From assembly GCA_963765765.1 (NCBI GenBank), contig CAVXYC010000010.1:224001-288000 (forward strand): a DNA stretch of 64,000 nucleotides, in the 5' to 3' direction. This document shows, piece after piece, positions 50,950-60,594 of the stretch (the stretch's first letter is position 1; every line of letters starts with the position of its first letter). Source of the stretch: an uncultured Chloroflexia bacterium (GTDB lineage: Bacteria; Chloroflexota; UBA6077; JACCZL01). The notes beneath the pieces were generated by a model that was given only the letters and a program-made list of their open reading frames with translations, had not been told where the DNA came from and did not search any database. The translations under genes and the position numbers were made by a program.

Positions 50950-51412
50950 TTAGACCGCTGCGCGTGCTTGTTTGATGGCTCGATCCATCTCGCGTTTGGC
51001 GTCTCGCTCAGCAATGGCCTCACGTTTGTCGTATTGCCGTTTACCGCGCGCTACACCAATCTCGAGCTTAATCTTACCCTTTCGATCATATAAACGCAGT
51101 GGAACGATAGTTATTCCCGGTTCGTGCGATTTTCCAATGAGATGCGCAAGCTGCTGCTTGTGTACCAGGAGCTTGCGAGGCCGGAGCGGCTCGTGGTTGT
51201 AGATGTTGCCGTGGGAGTAGTGAGAGATATGCGAATTCTGAAGCCAGAAGCTCGCCGTCTTCCGAACGAATGTATGCTTCGCGCACATTCGCATGGCCAT
51301 CTCGAATCGACTTCGTCTCGGTACCGGTTAGGACGAGCCCAGCCTCGAGCGATTCGAGAATATGGTAGTCGTGAAAGGCACGACGATTGTGAACGAAATC
51401 CCGATCCGGCAT
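50950..51412 (-). CDS. smpB: SsrA-binding protein SmpB; apparent frameshift near 51255
   Basis: NRRAFHDY...EAGLVLTGTETKSIR in ORF 51086-51412; NHEPLRPRKLLVH...GKRQYDKRE in ORF 50950-51300. Confidence 0.93.
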
Positions 51413-51417
51413 ACAAA

Positions 51418-51426
51418 ACTATACCA
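51418..51426 (-). promoter_or_regulatory. Extended -10 promoter (TGG-TATAGT) 5 nt before the smpB ATG; probable leaderless mRNA
   Basis: Minus strand GGTGGTATAGTTTTGTATG; no SD sequence. Confidence 0.6.
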
Positions 51427-51439
51427 CCGCGACACGGTC

Positions 51440-51548
51440 GCCCTTGGACTGCGGCGGTCTTCGCCGCTTTCTCGCGAGGCTGGAAGCCGTCCTTGTTGTC
51501 GCGCCGCTCAGTGGGAAAGCGGGCGAAGACCGCCGCAGTCCGAAGGGC
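51440..51548. repeat. REP-like inverted repeat element
   Basis: Perfect 20-bp arms GGACTGCGGCGGTCTTCGCC (51446-51465) and GGCGAAGACCGCCGCAGTCC (51522-51541), extendable with bulges. Confidence 0.75.
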
Positions 51549-51551
51549 TGC

Positions 51552-52877
51552 CTACGGCGTGACCATGGCAACAGGCTGCTGTGCCTGGGCCGTCGTCAGG
51601 TAACGAATCGCCTCAGTGATCGCGGGATCGTTCGTTGGGCCGGGCGTGAGCGGACCTTCTACCGCGATGTCAGGCTGAAGTCCCTGACCATGGATGGGTA
51701 CCTTTCCAGGCGTGAGCCACTGCGCAGAGGTGATCCTCAAGCCGGAGCGGTCGCTTAGCTGGCGAACCGTCTGCACGGTACCTTTGCCAAAGGTCTTCTC
51801 TCCGATGAGCGCACCGCGTCCGCTATCTCGCAATGCCGCCGCGGTAATCTCCGATGCGCTGGCCGATCCACGATTTACGAGGACCGCTATGGGCAGGCTC
51901 GTCATGAGTCCAGGCCCTCTGGTGCGGTACTCCTGGTCATCGCCATTTGCGCCGCGCTGGTAAAAAACCACGCCGTCGCTCAAAAACTGACTGGTGATCT
52001 CCACTGCTGATGTCACGAACCCGCCCGGGTTGGATCGCAAGTCCAGCACGATCGCCGTCGGCTGTTGATCCAGCAGCTCTTTCATCCGGTTTGTAAGCTC
52101 GGTTGGCGCTTCTCGGCTGAAGCTGGCAACGCGGATGTAGCCAATCTGGGAATCCAGCATGCGGGCGCGAACAGCCGACACACGAATCTCGGCCCGGGTC
52201 AATGTGAATTGCAACGGCTCAGCGACGCCTGCACGCTCGATCGTAAGACGGACGGTCGTGCCGCCCTGACCGCGAATAAGCGGAACGACATCGTTCAAGT
52301 TCCATCCGCGCACGTCCGTATCGTCGACGTGTGTCACGACGTCATCGGCCAGAATTCCGGCCTGCTCAGCAGGGGAGCCATCAATGGGCGCCACTACGTG
52401 TATCGTGCCGTCCTTGCCGTCCACCGAGATGCCCACACCCTCGAACCGACCACGCAAATCCGCATCCGAGATCTCGCGCTGCGCGGGTGTGAGGAACACC
52501 GAATTTGGGTCACCGAGCGTATTGAGCATGCCGCGGATGGCGGCGAAAATCATCTGCTCGCGATTCACGTTCTCGCGCGGCAGAAACTCTTGATTGACAT
52601 AATTCCAGGTTTCCCAGAACGCCTGGACGTGAAGGCGGTCGGTCTCGGAGAGGTCGGCGTTCACCGGTGCGACCGCATGGATCCCTAGACGACTCGGATC
52701 GATTCCGAACTGTCGGATAATTGGGCTCAGTGCGTGCTTGCCCTGAACGGCGTCGGCCTGGCCGTAGAGATATCCGGAGGAGAAGAGGAAGAAGAATGTC
52801 AGCGCGAGAAAGATCGAGCTCCAGCGCGGTTCGAATATCGACCGTGGCCGCGGTGGGCGCTGGGAGTTATAGGGCAT
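51552..52877 (-). CDS. ctpA: C-terminal processing protease (S41A, PDZ domain)
   Basis: TM anchor, GVG PDZ entry, DLRSNPGG, SASASEI, TFGKGTVQ. Confidence 0.92.
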   Translation of the reverse strand: MPYNSQRPPRPRSIFEPRWSSIFLALTFFFLFSSGYLYGQADAVQGKHALSPIIRQFGIDPSRLGIHAVAPVNADLSETDRLHVQAFWETWNYVNQEFLPRENVNREQMIFAAIRGMLNTLGDPNSVFLTPAQREISDADLRGRFEGVGISVDGKDGTIHVVAPIDGSPAEQAGILADDVVTHVDDTDVRGWNLNDVVPLIRGQGGTTVRLTIERAGVAEPLQFTLTRAEIRVSAVRARMLDSQIGYIRVASFSREAPTELTNRMKELLDQQPTAIVLDLRSNPGGFVTSAVEITSQFLSDGVVFYQRGANGDDQEYRTRGPGLMTSLPIAVLVNRGSASASEITAAALRDSGRGALIGEKTFGKGTVQTVRQLSDRSGLRITSAQWLTPGKVPIHGQGLQPDIAVEGPLTPGPTNDPAITEAIRYLTTAQAQQPVAMVTP

Positions 52878-52979
52878 GAGTGAGAAGTCTCCTGACCGGA
52901 TTCTACTCGCCGATATGAGCAGCAGGCATAAAGTCGACCAAGGAGGGAGGGCTCGAAGCGTCCTCCCTGCGGAGCACGA

Positions 52980-54056
52980 CTAATCCGGCTCGGGGCCCTT
53001 CACCGGTAGCGCAATTCGCTGGGTCTCCGGCAGGCGGTCCAGCAGCTCCTCCGGAGACGCGCTGAAGCGATCGAACACATCGCGCAAATGCGACGTCTCA
53101 TAGTGCGCGTAGATGCGCTTCGTGGTTTCGGGAGAAGCGTGACCGAGGATGTCCTGGACTTCGGAGAGCTTGGCGCCACGGTTCAGCATCGTGCTGGCCT
53201 TGGTGTGCCTGAAATCGTGTGGTGAGATGCTAATGCCGCAGGCATTGCCGTAGCGGTGCACCGTCTTCCAGATCGACTGGGTGGAGAGTCTATACGATTG
53301 GCCGGACGGCGTGGGCTTTCCGCGTGCCACGTCGTGCCGAAGAAACAGCGGATAGAATGCGTCGGCGCGAGCGCGCAGATAGTCCCGAATGGCCGCCAGC
53401 GTATCGTCGTCGAAGAAGACGATACGCTCTTTGTCGCCCTTGCCCGTGATGAGCGCCTGGTTGGCGTGGCCATCCTGGATGTCGGATCGATTCATGCGCG
53501 CCACTTCCTCTCGCCGCATCCCGGTGCAAAAAAGCGTACGCATCAAGGCCCGATCGCGCAAGAGCTCGCGCCTCGCCTCGCCGCGCCGGTCGCTCGGGTC
53601 GGGCAGGGGAATTGCATCGACATAACTCACAACGACCGGCAGTCGCTGGTCGATTCGAGGCGTCCTATACGGAATGCGTCCGACGACCTCGCGCAAATTG
53701 TCGCGCATGCGCTCAAACTGCAGATCCGGTGGCGCCAGTCGTCGCCGAACGAGAAATCGAAAGAATGCGCGCGTTCCGGCCAGATACGTCGTGATGGTGA
53801 AACGTCGCTCGCGACCGTACTGCTTGATCATCCAGCCGTAGAAACGCTCCAGCACGTCATCGTCGAGCGCATCGATCGAAACCTGCCTGGGATCGATCTT
53901 CTGCGATTCCAGGAACTCCACAAACCGGCCGAGCGCGGTTTTATAGGTTGTCCGCGTGCGGGGCGACTTGCCAACGAGCGATTCTTCGAAATCATCGATC
54001 GCCGCGGCAATCAATGGATAGTCAGGACGCTCATGGACGGCCTCGTGCGCTGTCAC
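52980..54056 (-). CDS. Tyrosine recombinase, XerC/XerD-like
   Basis: N-terminal SAM-like domain (KSPRTRTTY); TGMRREE, GKGDKER, SPHDFRH, ILGHASPETT...IYAH catalytic set. Confidence 0.92.
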   Translation of the reverse strand: MTAHEAVHERPDYPLIAAAIDDFEESLVGKSPRTRTTYKTALGRFVEFLESQKIDPRQVSIDALDDDVLERFYGWMIKQYGRERRFTITTYLAGTRAFFRFLVRRRLAPPDLQFERMRDNLREVVGRIPYRTPRIDQRLPVVVSYVDAIPLPDPSDRRGEARRELLRDRALMRTLFCTGMRREEVARMNRSDIQDGHANQALITGKGDKERIVFFDDDTLAAIRDYLRARADAFYPLFLRHDVARGKPTPSGQSYRLSTQSIWKTVHRYGNACGISISPHDFRHTKASTMLNRGAKLSEVQDILGHASPETTKRIYAHYETSHLRDVFDRFSASPEELLDRLPETQRIALPVKGPEPD

Positions 54057-54146
54057 TTGGAAAGCATAGAGTCCGGGGCTCCGTGAAATTACGCTCGATT
54101 AGATACACACGCGATACAGAAGTGCGCGGCCGGCTATCGTGGCTAT

Positions 54147-54174
54147 GGTAGATATAATTAGCATTATCGTAACC
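54147..54174. other. dif-like Xer recombination site (11-6-11)
   Basis: GGTAGATATAA-TTAGCA-TTATCGTAACC; inner ATAA/TTAT symmetry; 7/11 identity per arm to E. coli dif (GGTGCGCATAA-TGTATA-TTATGTTAAAT). Confidence 0.7.
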
Positions 54175-54195
54175 AATGGATAATGATTGAAGTGG

Positions 54196-55320
54196 CTATG
54201 ATCGCGCAATTCGGTAGATCTTGGTTATTCCAGCCACGTAGATAGCGCCATCGGGCCCATTGGACACATCCAGCCGGCAATCCGCCGCGAGATCTTCTAC
54301 GATCTGAACCTGGTCGCCATTGGTGCCACCAAACCGGAGTCGACGCATCACTCCGACGTTCCACAGGCACTGGAACGCGTCGCCTTGGTATTCAGGAAAC
54401 TGATCGCCGCGATAAAACATGAACCCAGACATGCCCAGGCGCTCTGCTCCCGAATTCCAGATTGGATCGCTGTAGCGCGGATCGCCCGGTGCGCCAATGA
54501 CACCTGGCCAGCCGTAGTTCCCGCCGGGCTTGATGAGATCGAGCTCGTCGAAGCCCTTCGGGCCGTTGTCCACGCTATAGATGGCGCCTGTCCGCGGATG
54601 GAAATCGAATCCGTATGGATTGCGCAGGCCCATGGCGTACACCGGCGTCCCGGCAAAAGGATTGTCCGAAGGAACGCTCCCATCGTCATTGATACGGATC
54701 ATTTTTCCCTGTAGACCGTCCAATTTCGGCTCGCCGCTGGGCTCGTCGCCTGCCTGTCCAGTTCCTATGTAAAGCTTCCCGTCTGCCCCGAACCTCATTC
54801 GCCCACCGTTATGTGAACCTTTAACATCCGGAGGGATCTTGTCCAGAATCGTGATCGTATCCGTGCCGACGCCGTTCCTTTCGGTCATGCGTACGACGCG
54901 ATTGAAGTCGATCTTCCCGCCTTTGTTCGGCACGGCGTAATAAAGATAGACCCAGCCGTTTTCGCTGAATCGAGGATGGAGCACCAACCCGAGGAGCCCC
55001 TGCTCTGCTCCCTTGGCGACGTCCAACGAGGCAAAGGGCTCCTCGCGGAGAACGCCGTTCTGAGCGATGCGTACCTGGCCCTTGTTCACCTCGACGAAGA
55101 AGAGCCGACCGTCCGGGGCGAACTGGAGCGACACCGGAAGCTGGACGCCGTCGACGTACGTCTTCGGCTCCACGGCAAGCGGCTTCGGAGTAATCGCCGG
55201 TGGTGGGCTGGTTGGCTCAGCCGGGGGATCAACGGGAGGACTGGCCGATTGACACGCCACCGTCGTCACGGCAATGGCAACTGCGATCAGGCCGCTCGTG
55301 AGATGTCGCGAGACCCACAT
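54196..55320 (-). CDS. PQQ-dependent glucose/sorbosone dehydrogenase family lipoprotein
   Basis: Lipobox TVAC; EQGLLGLVLHP, HNGGRMRFGADG, GLRNPY, GGNYGWP; TATAAT 11 nt above ATG 55320. Confidence 0.9.
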   Translation of the reverse strand: MWVSRHLTSGLIAVAIAVTTVACQSASPPVDPPAEPTSPPPAITPKPLAVEPKTYVDGVQLPVSLQFAPDGRLFFVEVNKGQVRIAQNGVLREEPFASLDVAKGAEQGLLGLVLHPRFSENGWVYLYYAVPNKGGKIDFNRVVRMTERNGVGTDTITILDKIPPDVKGSHNGGRMRFGADGKLYIGTGQAGDEPSGEPKLDGLQGKMIRINDDGSVPSDNPFAGTPVYAMGLRNPYGFDFHPRTGAIYSVDNGPKGFDELDLIKPGGNYGWPGVIGAPGDPRYSDPIWNSGAERLGMSGFMFYRGDQFPEYQGDAFQCLWNVGVMRRLRFGGTNGDQVQIVEDLAADCRLDVSNGPDGAIYVAGITKIYRIARS

Positions 55321-55354
55321 GGTGCGGCGCAATTATAGCCCGAGCAAGCGAGGC

Positions 55355-57221
55355 TCAAGCCGAACGTAGTGGCGTTCCCTTGCGGGCGCCGCCTGGCAAT
55401 CCCTGAGCCGACGGTGCCAGGGATCCTCGCCCAGCGTCCCCCAAGGGAATGAGACTGCGGCGGTTCCTACTCTCAAGCATTCTTTCGCTCACCCACCAGG
55501 CGATCACCGGGAACACCCACACCACCGCCGATCGGAAGTTGAATGCCCACCACATGTCGGTGCCCTGGTAGCTGAACAGAGGATAAATCAGCAGCGATGA
55601 CGCGCTCAGTATCAACGTAAGTCGAACAGCACGCGTTGATGGACTGAGGGCCGCGAATCCAAGTGGCCACAAGATATACCACGACCAGATCCAGGTTGCT
55701 GTCGCGAGCAAGAACACCAGGAACAGCGAGGTGAATGCGGTCGCCCATGCCCCGCCCCCGCGCTTCAACACTTGGAGTGCAATGACCAGGAATCCGACGG
55801 CGAATGCCGCGTATGCCGAGGCTCGAATCAGCGTATTGGCATCGGCGAGGTGCGACCGGCTCGTCCAGGCTGCACGCGCCGAATCCGCGTTCATCACCTC
55901 GATCTCGCCCGGCATGACTTCATCAAGCAACCGGATCGACGGCACATAACCCACCCGTCCCGTGGACGGCTCAAAGACGCGCGTCCATTCATTCTCGGCG
56001 GGGGCAACCACCAGGAGTGATGCGCCGTCAGGCAATGACGCTATCAGTTGCCGAACGCTTCCTGAGCTCGACCACAGTCCAGTGGGTTGGCTCAGCTGCG
56101 TGCGCCAGGTATGGAAGTACAGCGGCGCCCGAACGTCGTCGGGCATCTCGCCCATGAGCACGCGAGCCTCGGCCAGGATGAGCTCGTGAACGCTATTGGT
56201 ATAGCGCACTGTATCTGCCCCGAGCACGCCAACTCCAGAGCCCTCGAGTGGCGAACGCCCGGCTACGAAGAGTCCGAGCATCACAATGAGAACTCCGACG
56301 ATCGCTAGCCCGGCAGACTTTCCGAGCGCCTGTGGGCCCTTGCCGCCAACCAGCCAGATTAACCCCACAATAGGCAACATCAACGCGGCAATGGCCTTGA
56401 TGAAAAAGGCGCTCGCCCAGCACGCGCCACTCAGCACGATCTTTTGCTGCTGGGCGGCCCAAACGGCGGCCAACAGGAAGAGCATCAGCAGCAGATCGTT
56501 ATGTCCACTCATACCCGCTTCCAGGGGCACCAGCGGATTCCAGAGCCACAGTGCCGCCCCGGCAGTGGCCGTCTGAGCGCCTCGATCGCGGAGCACAAGC
56601 CAGATGAGTCCTCCGCAAGCCAGCGCTGACGCCGCGGCGACCAATCGGAAGAGCAGCACGCCTCTGGGGATGCTTTCCGCGGCTATGGACGCGATGACGG
56701 CTGACACCTCGGTCCACAGCGGTCCATAGAAAGACGGAACGTCGCGCCAGTAGACGTATGGAAGAACCGGGTCGTCGACGTAGGTTCGACGGTGTGTCGT
56801 GGTAAGGATTCCCATGATGGATCGATGCGATTCGACCGTACATTAGGTAGCTGAATGGATCGGATGACAGCAGAGCTGGGGCGTCGAGCTGCTGAACCTG
56901 AAATATGACGCCAATGGTGAAGACCGCGACGGTCACAGAACGTCTCGGCGCATGGCCGATCAAGACCAGTGCAGCGAGATAGCAAAGAAACAGCGCTCCG
57001 ATTACCAGCGTGAACCAGGCGGCCGCTCCCGATATTCCAGAAATGTCTGTCGGAATGTCAGCTCGGGACGCGCTACGGACGCTCCAGGGGACGATCTGCC
57101 AGGCACCGCTCGGCTCGGCCAGTGCTAGCCGCGGAACCACCGTATCCAACAGCTCGTACATGGCCGCGCTGACGCAGCCGAGCACTATCAATAGCGGAAG
57201 GCGCCACGGTAGTCGTGTCAC
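55355..57221 (-). CDS. MptA/MptB-like GT-C glycosyltransferase with an inserted SH3b-like domain; apparent frameshift near 56790
   Basis: LLSSDPFSYLMYGRI...NPY in 56499-57221; SFYGPLW, WNPL...GHND and WYILW in 55355-56815. Confidence 0.8.
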
Positions 57222-57276
57222 TTCCCGCTCTGATCGTCACTGTGTCGACCTTCGAGATCGGGACCGCCAGAAGGGG

Positions 57277-58557
57277 TTACGGGTAAATTCCCCGTATCTG
57301 AGTTGCCTGAGCAACGCGTCCCACGCCGAGCATGTAAGCTCCCATCCTCAGCGACACGTCGTACTCTTTCGCCAGTCTGACGCTTTCACCATACGCGGTC
57401 GTTAAGATGCCACGCAGTCGACCGTTGATCTCGTCCAGCGTCCAGAAAAACTGCTCCCGATCTTGCACCCATTCAAAGTAGGACACGGTCACACCGCCGG
57501 CGTTGCACAGAATGTCGGGAATGATCAACGTGCCCTTCCCTAGCAGTATTTCATCCGCCTCCGGAGTCACCGGCCCATTTGCTGCTTCGGCGATGATTCG
57601 AGCCCGTATGTCAGCGGCGTTGCCGGAGTGAATGACGCTCTCGAGCGCGGCCGGAACGAGAATGTCGCACTCGAGCCGCAATAGATCGTCATTGCTGATC
57701 GGATCCGTTCGAGGCGCGCCGACAACGGAGCCTGTTTCTTGCTTATGTCGAGTCACGACCAGGAGATCGAGCCCGTCAGCGTTGAACACTCCGCCCCGAG
57801 AATCGCTCACAGCTACGACCGTGCAGCCAATGTCTCTAAGGAACCGCGCCGTGGACTCACCGACGTTACCGAATCCCATGACGGCGGCCCTGGACGACTT
57901 CGGATCCAGCCCAATGGACCTGGCCGCTTCTTCTACGCAGTAGACTACACCGCGGCCGGTGGCTTCTGGACGCCCCTCTGAGCCACCGATGGCCAGAGGC
58001 TTGCCGGTGACCACCGCTGGGACAGAATAGCCCTTGTGCATGGAATACGTATCCATGATCCACGCCATCGTTTGCGCGTCGGTCCCGACGTCGGGCGCTG
58101 GGATATCGAAGTCGGGCCCGATCAACAGTGAGATCTCGGTGGTATAGCGACGCGTGAGACGCTCCAGCTCACGGCGAGTCATTGACTTGGGGTCGCAGAC
58201 GATGCCGCCCTTCGCGCCGCCGAACGGAATCATGACAACAGCGCACTTCCAGCTCATCCACATGGCCAGCGCCTTGACCTCGTCGAGGGTGACGCCCGGG
58301 TGATATCGGATTCCCCCTTTGGCAGGTCCTCGGCCGAGGCTGTGCTGCACGCGATAGCCTGTCATCACCTGCGTGCGGCCGTCGTCCCTCTGCACCGGGA
58401 AGTGCACGGTGAGCTCACGGTTTGCCTCACGCAGCACATCACGAACGCCAGGATCCAGCCCAAGCTTCTCCGCAACCAGGTCATATTGCTTCTGTGCGAT
58501 GGCCAACGGATTGACTTCAGCAGACTCTGCCATCCCCATTGATCGCGACTGCGCCAC
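57277..58557 (-). CDS. gdhA: Glu/Leu/Phe/Val dehydrogenase (glutamate dehydrogenase)
   Basis: GPAKGGIRY, GGAKGG, DIPAPDVGT, VTGKP, GFGNVG, EAANGP, NAGGVTVSYFEW. Confidence 0.92.
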   Translation of the reverse strand: MAQSRSMGMAESAEVNPLAIAQKQYDLVAEKLGLDPGVRDVLREANRELTVHFPVQRDDGRTQVMTGYRVQHSLGRGPAKGGIRYHPGVTLDEVKALAMWMSWKCAVVMIPFGGAKGGIVCDPKSMTRRELERLTRRYTTEISLLIGPDFDIPAPDVGTDAQTMAWIMDTYSMHKGYSVPAVVTGKPLAIGGSEGRPEATGRGVVYCVEEAARSIGLDPKSSRAAVMGFGNVGESTARFLRDIGCTVVAVSDSRGGVFNADGLDLLVVTRHKQETGSVVGAPRTDPISNDDLLRLECDILVPAALESVIHSGNAADIRARIIAEAANGPVTPEADEILLGKGTLIIPDILCNAGGVTVSYFEWVQDREQFFWTLDEINGRLRGILTTAYGESVRLAKEYDVSLRMGAYMLGVGRVAQATQIRGIYP

Positions 58558-58823
58558 GTTGCTGCCTCCCGCGCGCTCCGACCCTTACAAAAGCTGGATG
58601 CGTTCCGAAAGGGGTCGAGACGGCTTGATGCGACTTACTGTCCATCGATTCGATTGTAGCAATGACTCTTACAGGCCATGGACCTGGAATCCAAGAATGG
58701 CCGCCCATCGTAGAATGTCCGTGCCCTACAAGGCTTGGAACGCGAAACCGCAACTGGACTGGAGCGTTCCATCGATAACACCGCTGCCAGCGTGCCAACC
58801 AAATTGATGAAGGATCTCCGTTA

Positions 58824-59204
58824 GTGCTCACACATACGCTAAGAGTCGGAACACTCATCGTGACGCTGGCACTCGCTAGCGGTACAGCGGCGCTCGCCGT
58901 GCGCTCTGCCTCCGCTCAGGCCGATGGCGCGGCGTTGTTCGCAACAGACTGCGCTCGATGCCATGGTGACAACCTGGAAGGTGGCGAAGGTCCGCCGCTA
59001 GCGGGTTCAGGCAACGCCATCGGAACCTACAGGACCGCGGGTGCACTCCTACAGTACGTCATGGAGAATATGCCTAACGACCAGCCGTCGACACTTGCTC
59101 CCGAAGATTATTCCGCAATCGTCGGATTCATCTTGAGTAAGCACGGGGTCGCGGTTCCAGACGGATTCAATCCGGAGAACGGTGCCGGCATAGCGCTGCC
59201 TTAA
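58824..59204 (+). CDS. Monoheme class I cytochrome c
   Basis: Signal peptide (ASA-Q), CARCH, GPPL, distal Met in NMP. Confidence 0.88.
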   Translation: MLTHTLRVGTLIVTLALASGTAALAVRSASAQADGAALFATDCARCHGDNLEGGEGPPLAGSGNAIGTYRTAGALLQYVMENMPNDQPSTLAPEDYSAIVGFILSKHGVAVPDGFNPENGAGIALP

Positions 59205-59303
59205 GGCATCCGCGAAGCGCGCGTTGTCGATCCGGCGCGACGACCCCACTTCCCGACCTCTGCTAGGATTCGACTTCGATATCCCACTATTGAGGAGGGT
59301 CCG

Positions 59304-60467
59304 GTGAAGGCCGAGCGCCTGAGTAAGCTCCCCCCGTACCTGTTCGTTCAGATTCGCAACAAGATCCGCGAGACACGCGAGCGCGGTGTCGACGTCATCA
59401 GTCTCGGCGTCGGCGATCCAGATCAGCCCACGCCAAACCGCGTGGTTGATGCGTTATGTGAAGCTGCACGCGATCCGGCCAACCATCCCTACCCGACCGA
59501 CGAGGAAAAGGGCATGCTGGCCTATCGAAAGACCGTCGCGGATTGGTACAAGCGCCGATTCAGTGTGGAGCTTGATCCCGAATCCGAAGTTCTCGGTCTG
59601 ATCGGGAGCAAAGAAGGCAATCACCATCTCTGCTTGGGCATGCTGAACCCGGGTGATGTGGCCATTCTCCCCGACCCCGGCTATCCCGCCTACTTCGCCA
59701 GCGCCATTTTTGCCGGTGCAGAAGTCGTACGAGTCCCGCTCTATCGGGAGAAGGGCTTCTTCCTCGACGTCGACGATATTCCGGCGGACATCATCCCGCG
59801 CACCCGCCTGATATTTCTGTGCTACCCCAACAACCCAACGGCGGCCGTTGCGACCCTCGAGCAATATCAGCGTGTGGTGGACTTCTGTCGCGAGCACGAG
59901 ATTCTGGTCGTGAACGACAACCCCTACAGCGAAATCACGTACGACGGCTACAAGGCGCCCAGCATCCTGGCCGCTAAGGGGGCGATGGAGGTGGCCGTCG
60001 AGTTCAACTCACTGTCCAAGCCATTCAATATGACGGGTTGGCGCATCGGTATGGCTATGGGCAACCCCGAGGCGATCTCGGCGATCTCGCAGGTGAAAGA
60101 GAACACCGATTCGGGCATCTTCAATGCCATTCAGTACGCGGCGATCGCCGCGCTCAATGGGCCGCAGGAGGAGCTCGATCAGCTCATCGGCGTTTATAAG
60201 CGTCGACGCGATCTGGTAGTCAGCACGTTCAGAACAATGGGACTCGACGTGGATGTCCCCAAGGGCACCTTCTACGTCTGGACGCCGACGCCGAACGGCA
60301 TGAAGTCCGCTGAGTTCGTGGAGGATGTGCTGGAAAAAACCGGCGTGGTGGTCACACCCGGTTTAGGCTACGGCTCCCGTGGCGAGGGCTTCTTCCGTGT
60401 TTCACTCACCGTGTCGGATGCCCGCCTGGATGAAGCGATGGACCGCTTGAAGAAGGCGTACGCCTAG
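59304..60467 (+). CDS. dapL: LL-diaminopimelate aminotransferase-like PLP enzyme
   Basis: LPPYLF, LGVGDPD, GSKEG, YPNNPT, SLSKPFNMTGWRIG, NTDSG. Confidence 0.85.
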   Translation: MKAERLSKLPPYLFVQIRNKIRETRERGVDVISLGVGDPDQPTPNRVVDALCEAARDPANHPYPTDEEKGMLAYRKTVADWYKRRFSVELDPESEVLGLIGSKEGNHHLCLGMLNPGDVAILPDPGYPAYFASAIFAGAEVVRVPLYREKGFFLDVDDIPADIIPRTRLIFLCYPNNPTAAVATLEQYQRVVDFCREHEILVVNDNPYSEITYDGYKAPSILAAKGAMEVAVEFNSLSKPFNMTGWRIGMAMGNPEAISAISQVKENTDSGIFNAIQYAAIAALNGPQEELDQLIGVYKRRRDLVVSTFRTMGLDVDVPKGTFYVWTPTPNGMKSAEFVEDVLEKTGVVVTPGLGYGSRGEGFFRVSLTVSDARLDEAMDRLKKAYA

Positions 60468-60479
60468 TCAACGGCTGCG

Positions 60480-60586
60480 CACTCATGTAGTGGCGTCCCA
60501 TTACGGGCGCCACGTAGATCTCTCCTGGAGCGATCGCGGGTGAGGAACCTCAGGTGGCGCCCGCAAGGGACGCCACTACGTGAGTG
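60480..60586. repeat. GTAG-type REP doublet (REPIN-like) between convergent genes
   Basis: CACTCATGTAGTGGCGTCCCATTACGGGCGCCAC and inverted copy CACTCACGTAGTGGCGTCCCTTGCGGGCGCCAC, each with GTAG plus an imperfect hairpin. Confidence 0.8.
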
Positions 60587-60594
60587 TTCTCGAG

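Noticed and set aside
50823-51023. 66-aa ORF ending in GERPQALAA
   Set aside because: This is the tmRNA tag reading frame, not an independent gene.
50588-54056. Prophage or genomic island integrated at ssrA using the nearby recombinase
   Set aside because: The recombinase lies on the 5' side of ssrA beyond smpB and ctpA. I found no duplicate of the tmRNA 3' end and no mobile cargo.
52980-54196. Integron (IntI plus attI)
   Set aside because: The protein lacks the IntI-specific insertion, and no attC-bounded cassettes follow; the neighbours are ordinary genes.
962-57221. Mass pseudogenisation suggested by many split genes
   Set aside because: The breaks are 1-2 nt indels, mostly in G/C runs, without in-frame nonsense decay. 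They also hit rpsR, smpB, mutS and the tmRNA stem, so sequencing error is the simpler explanation.
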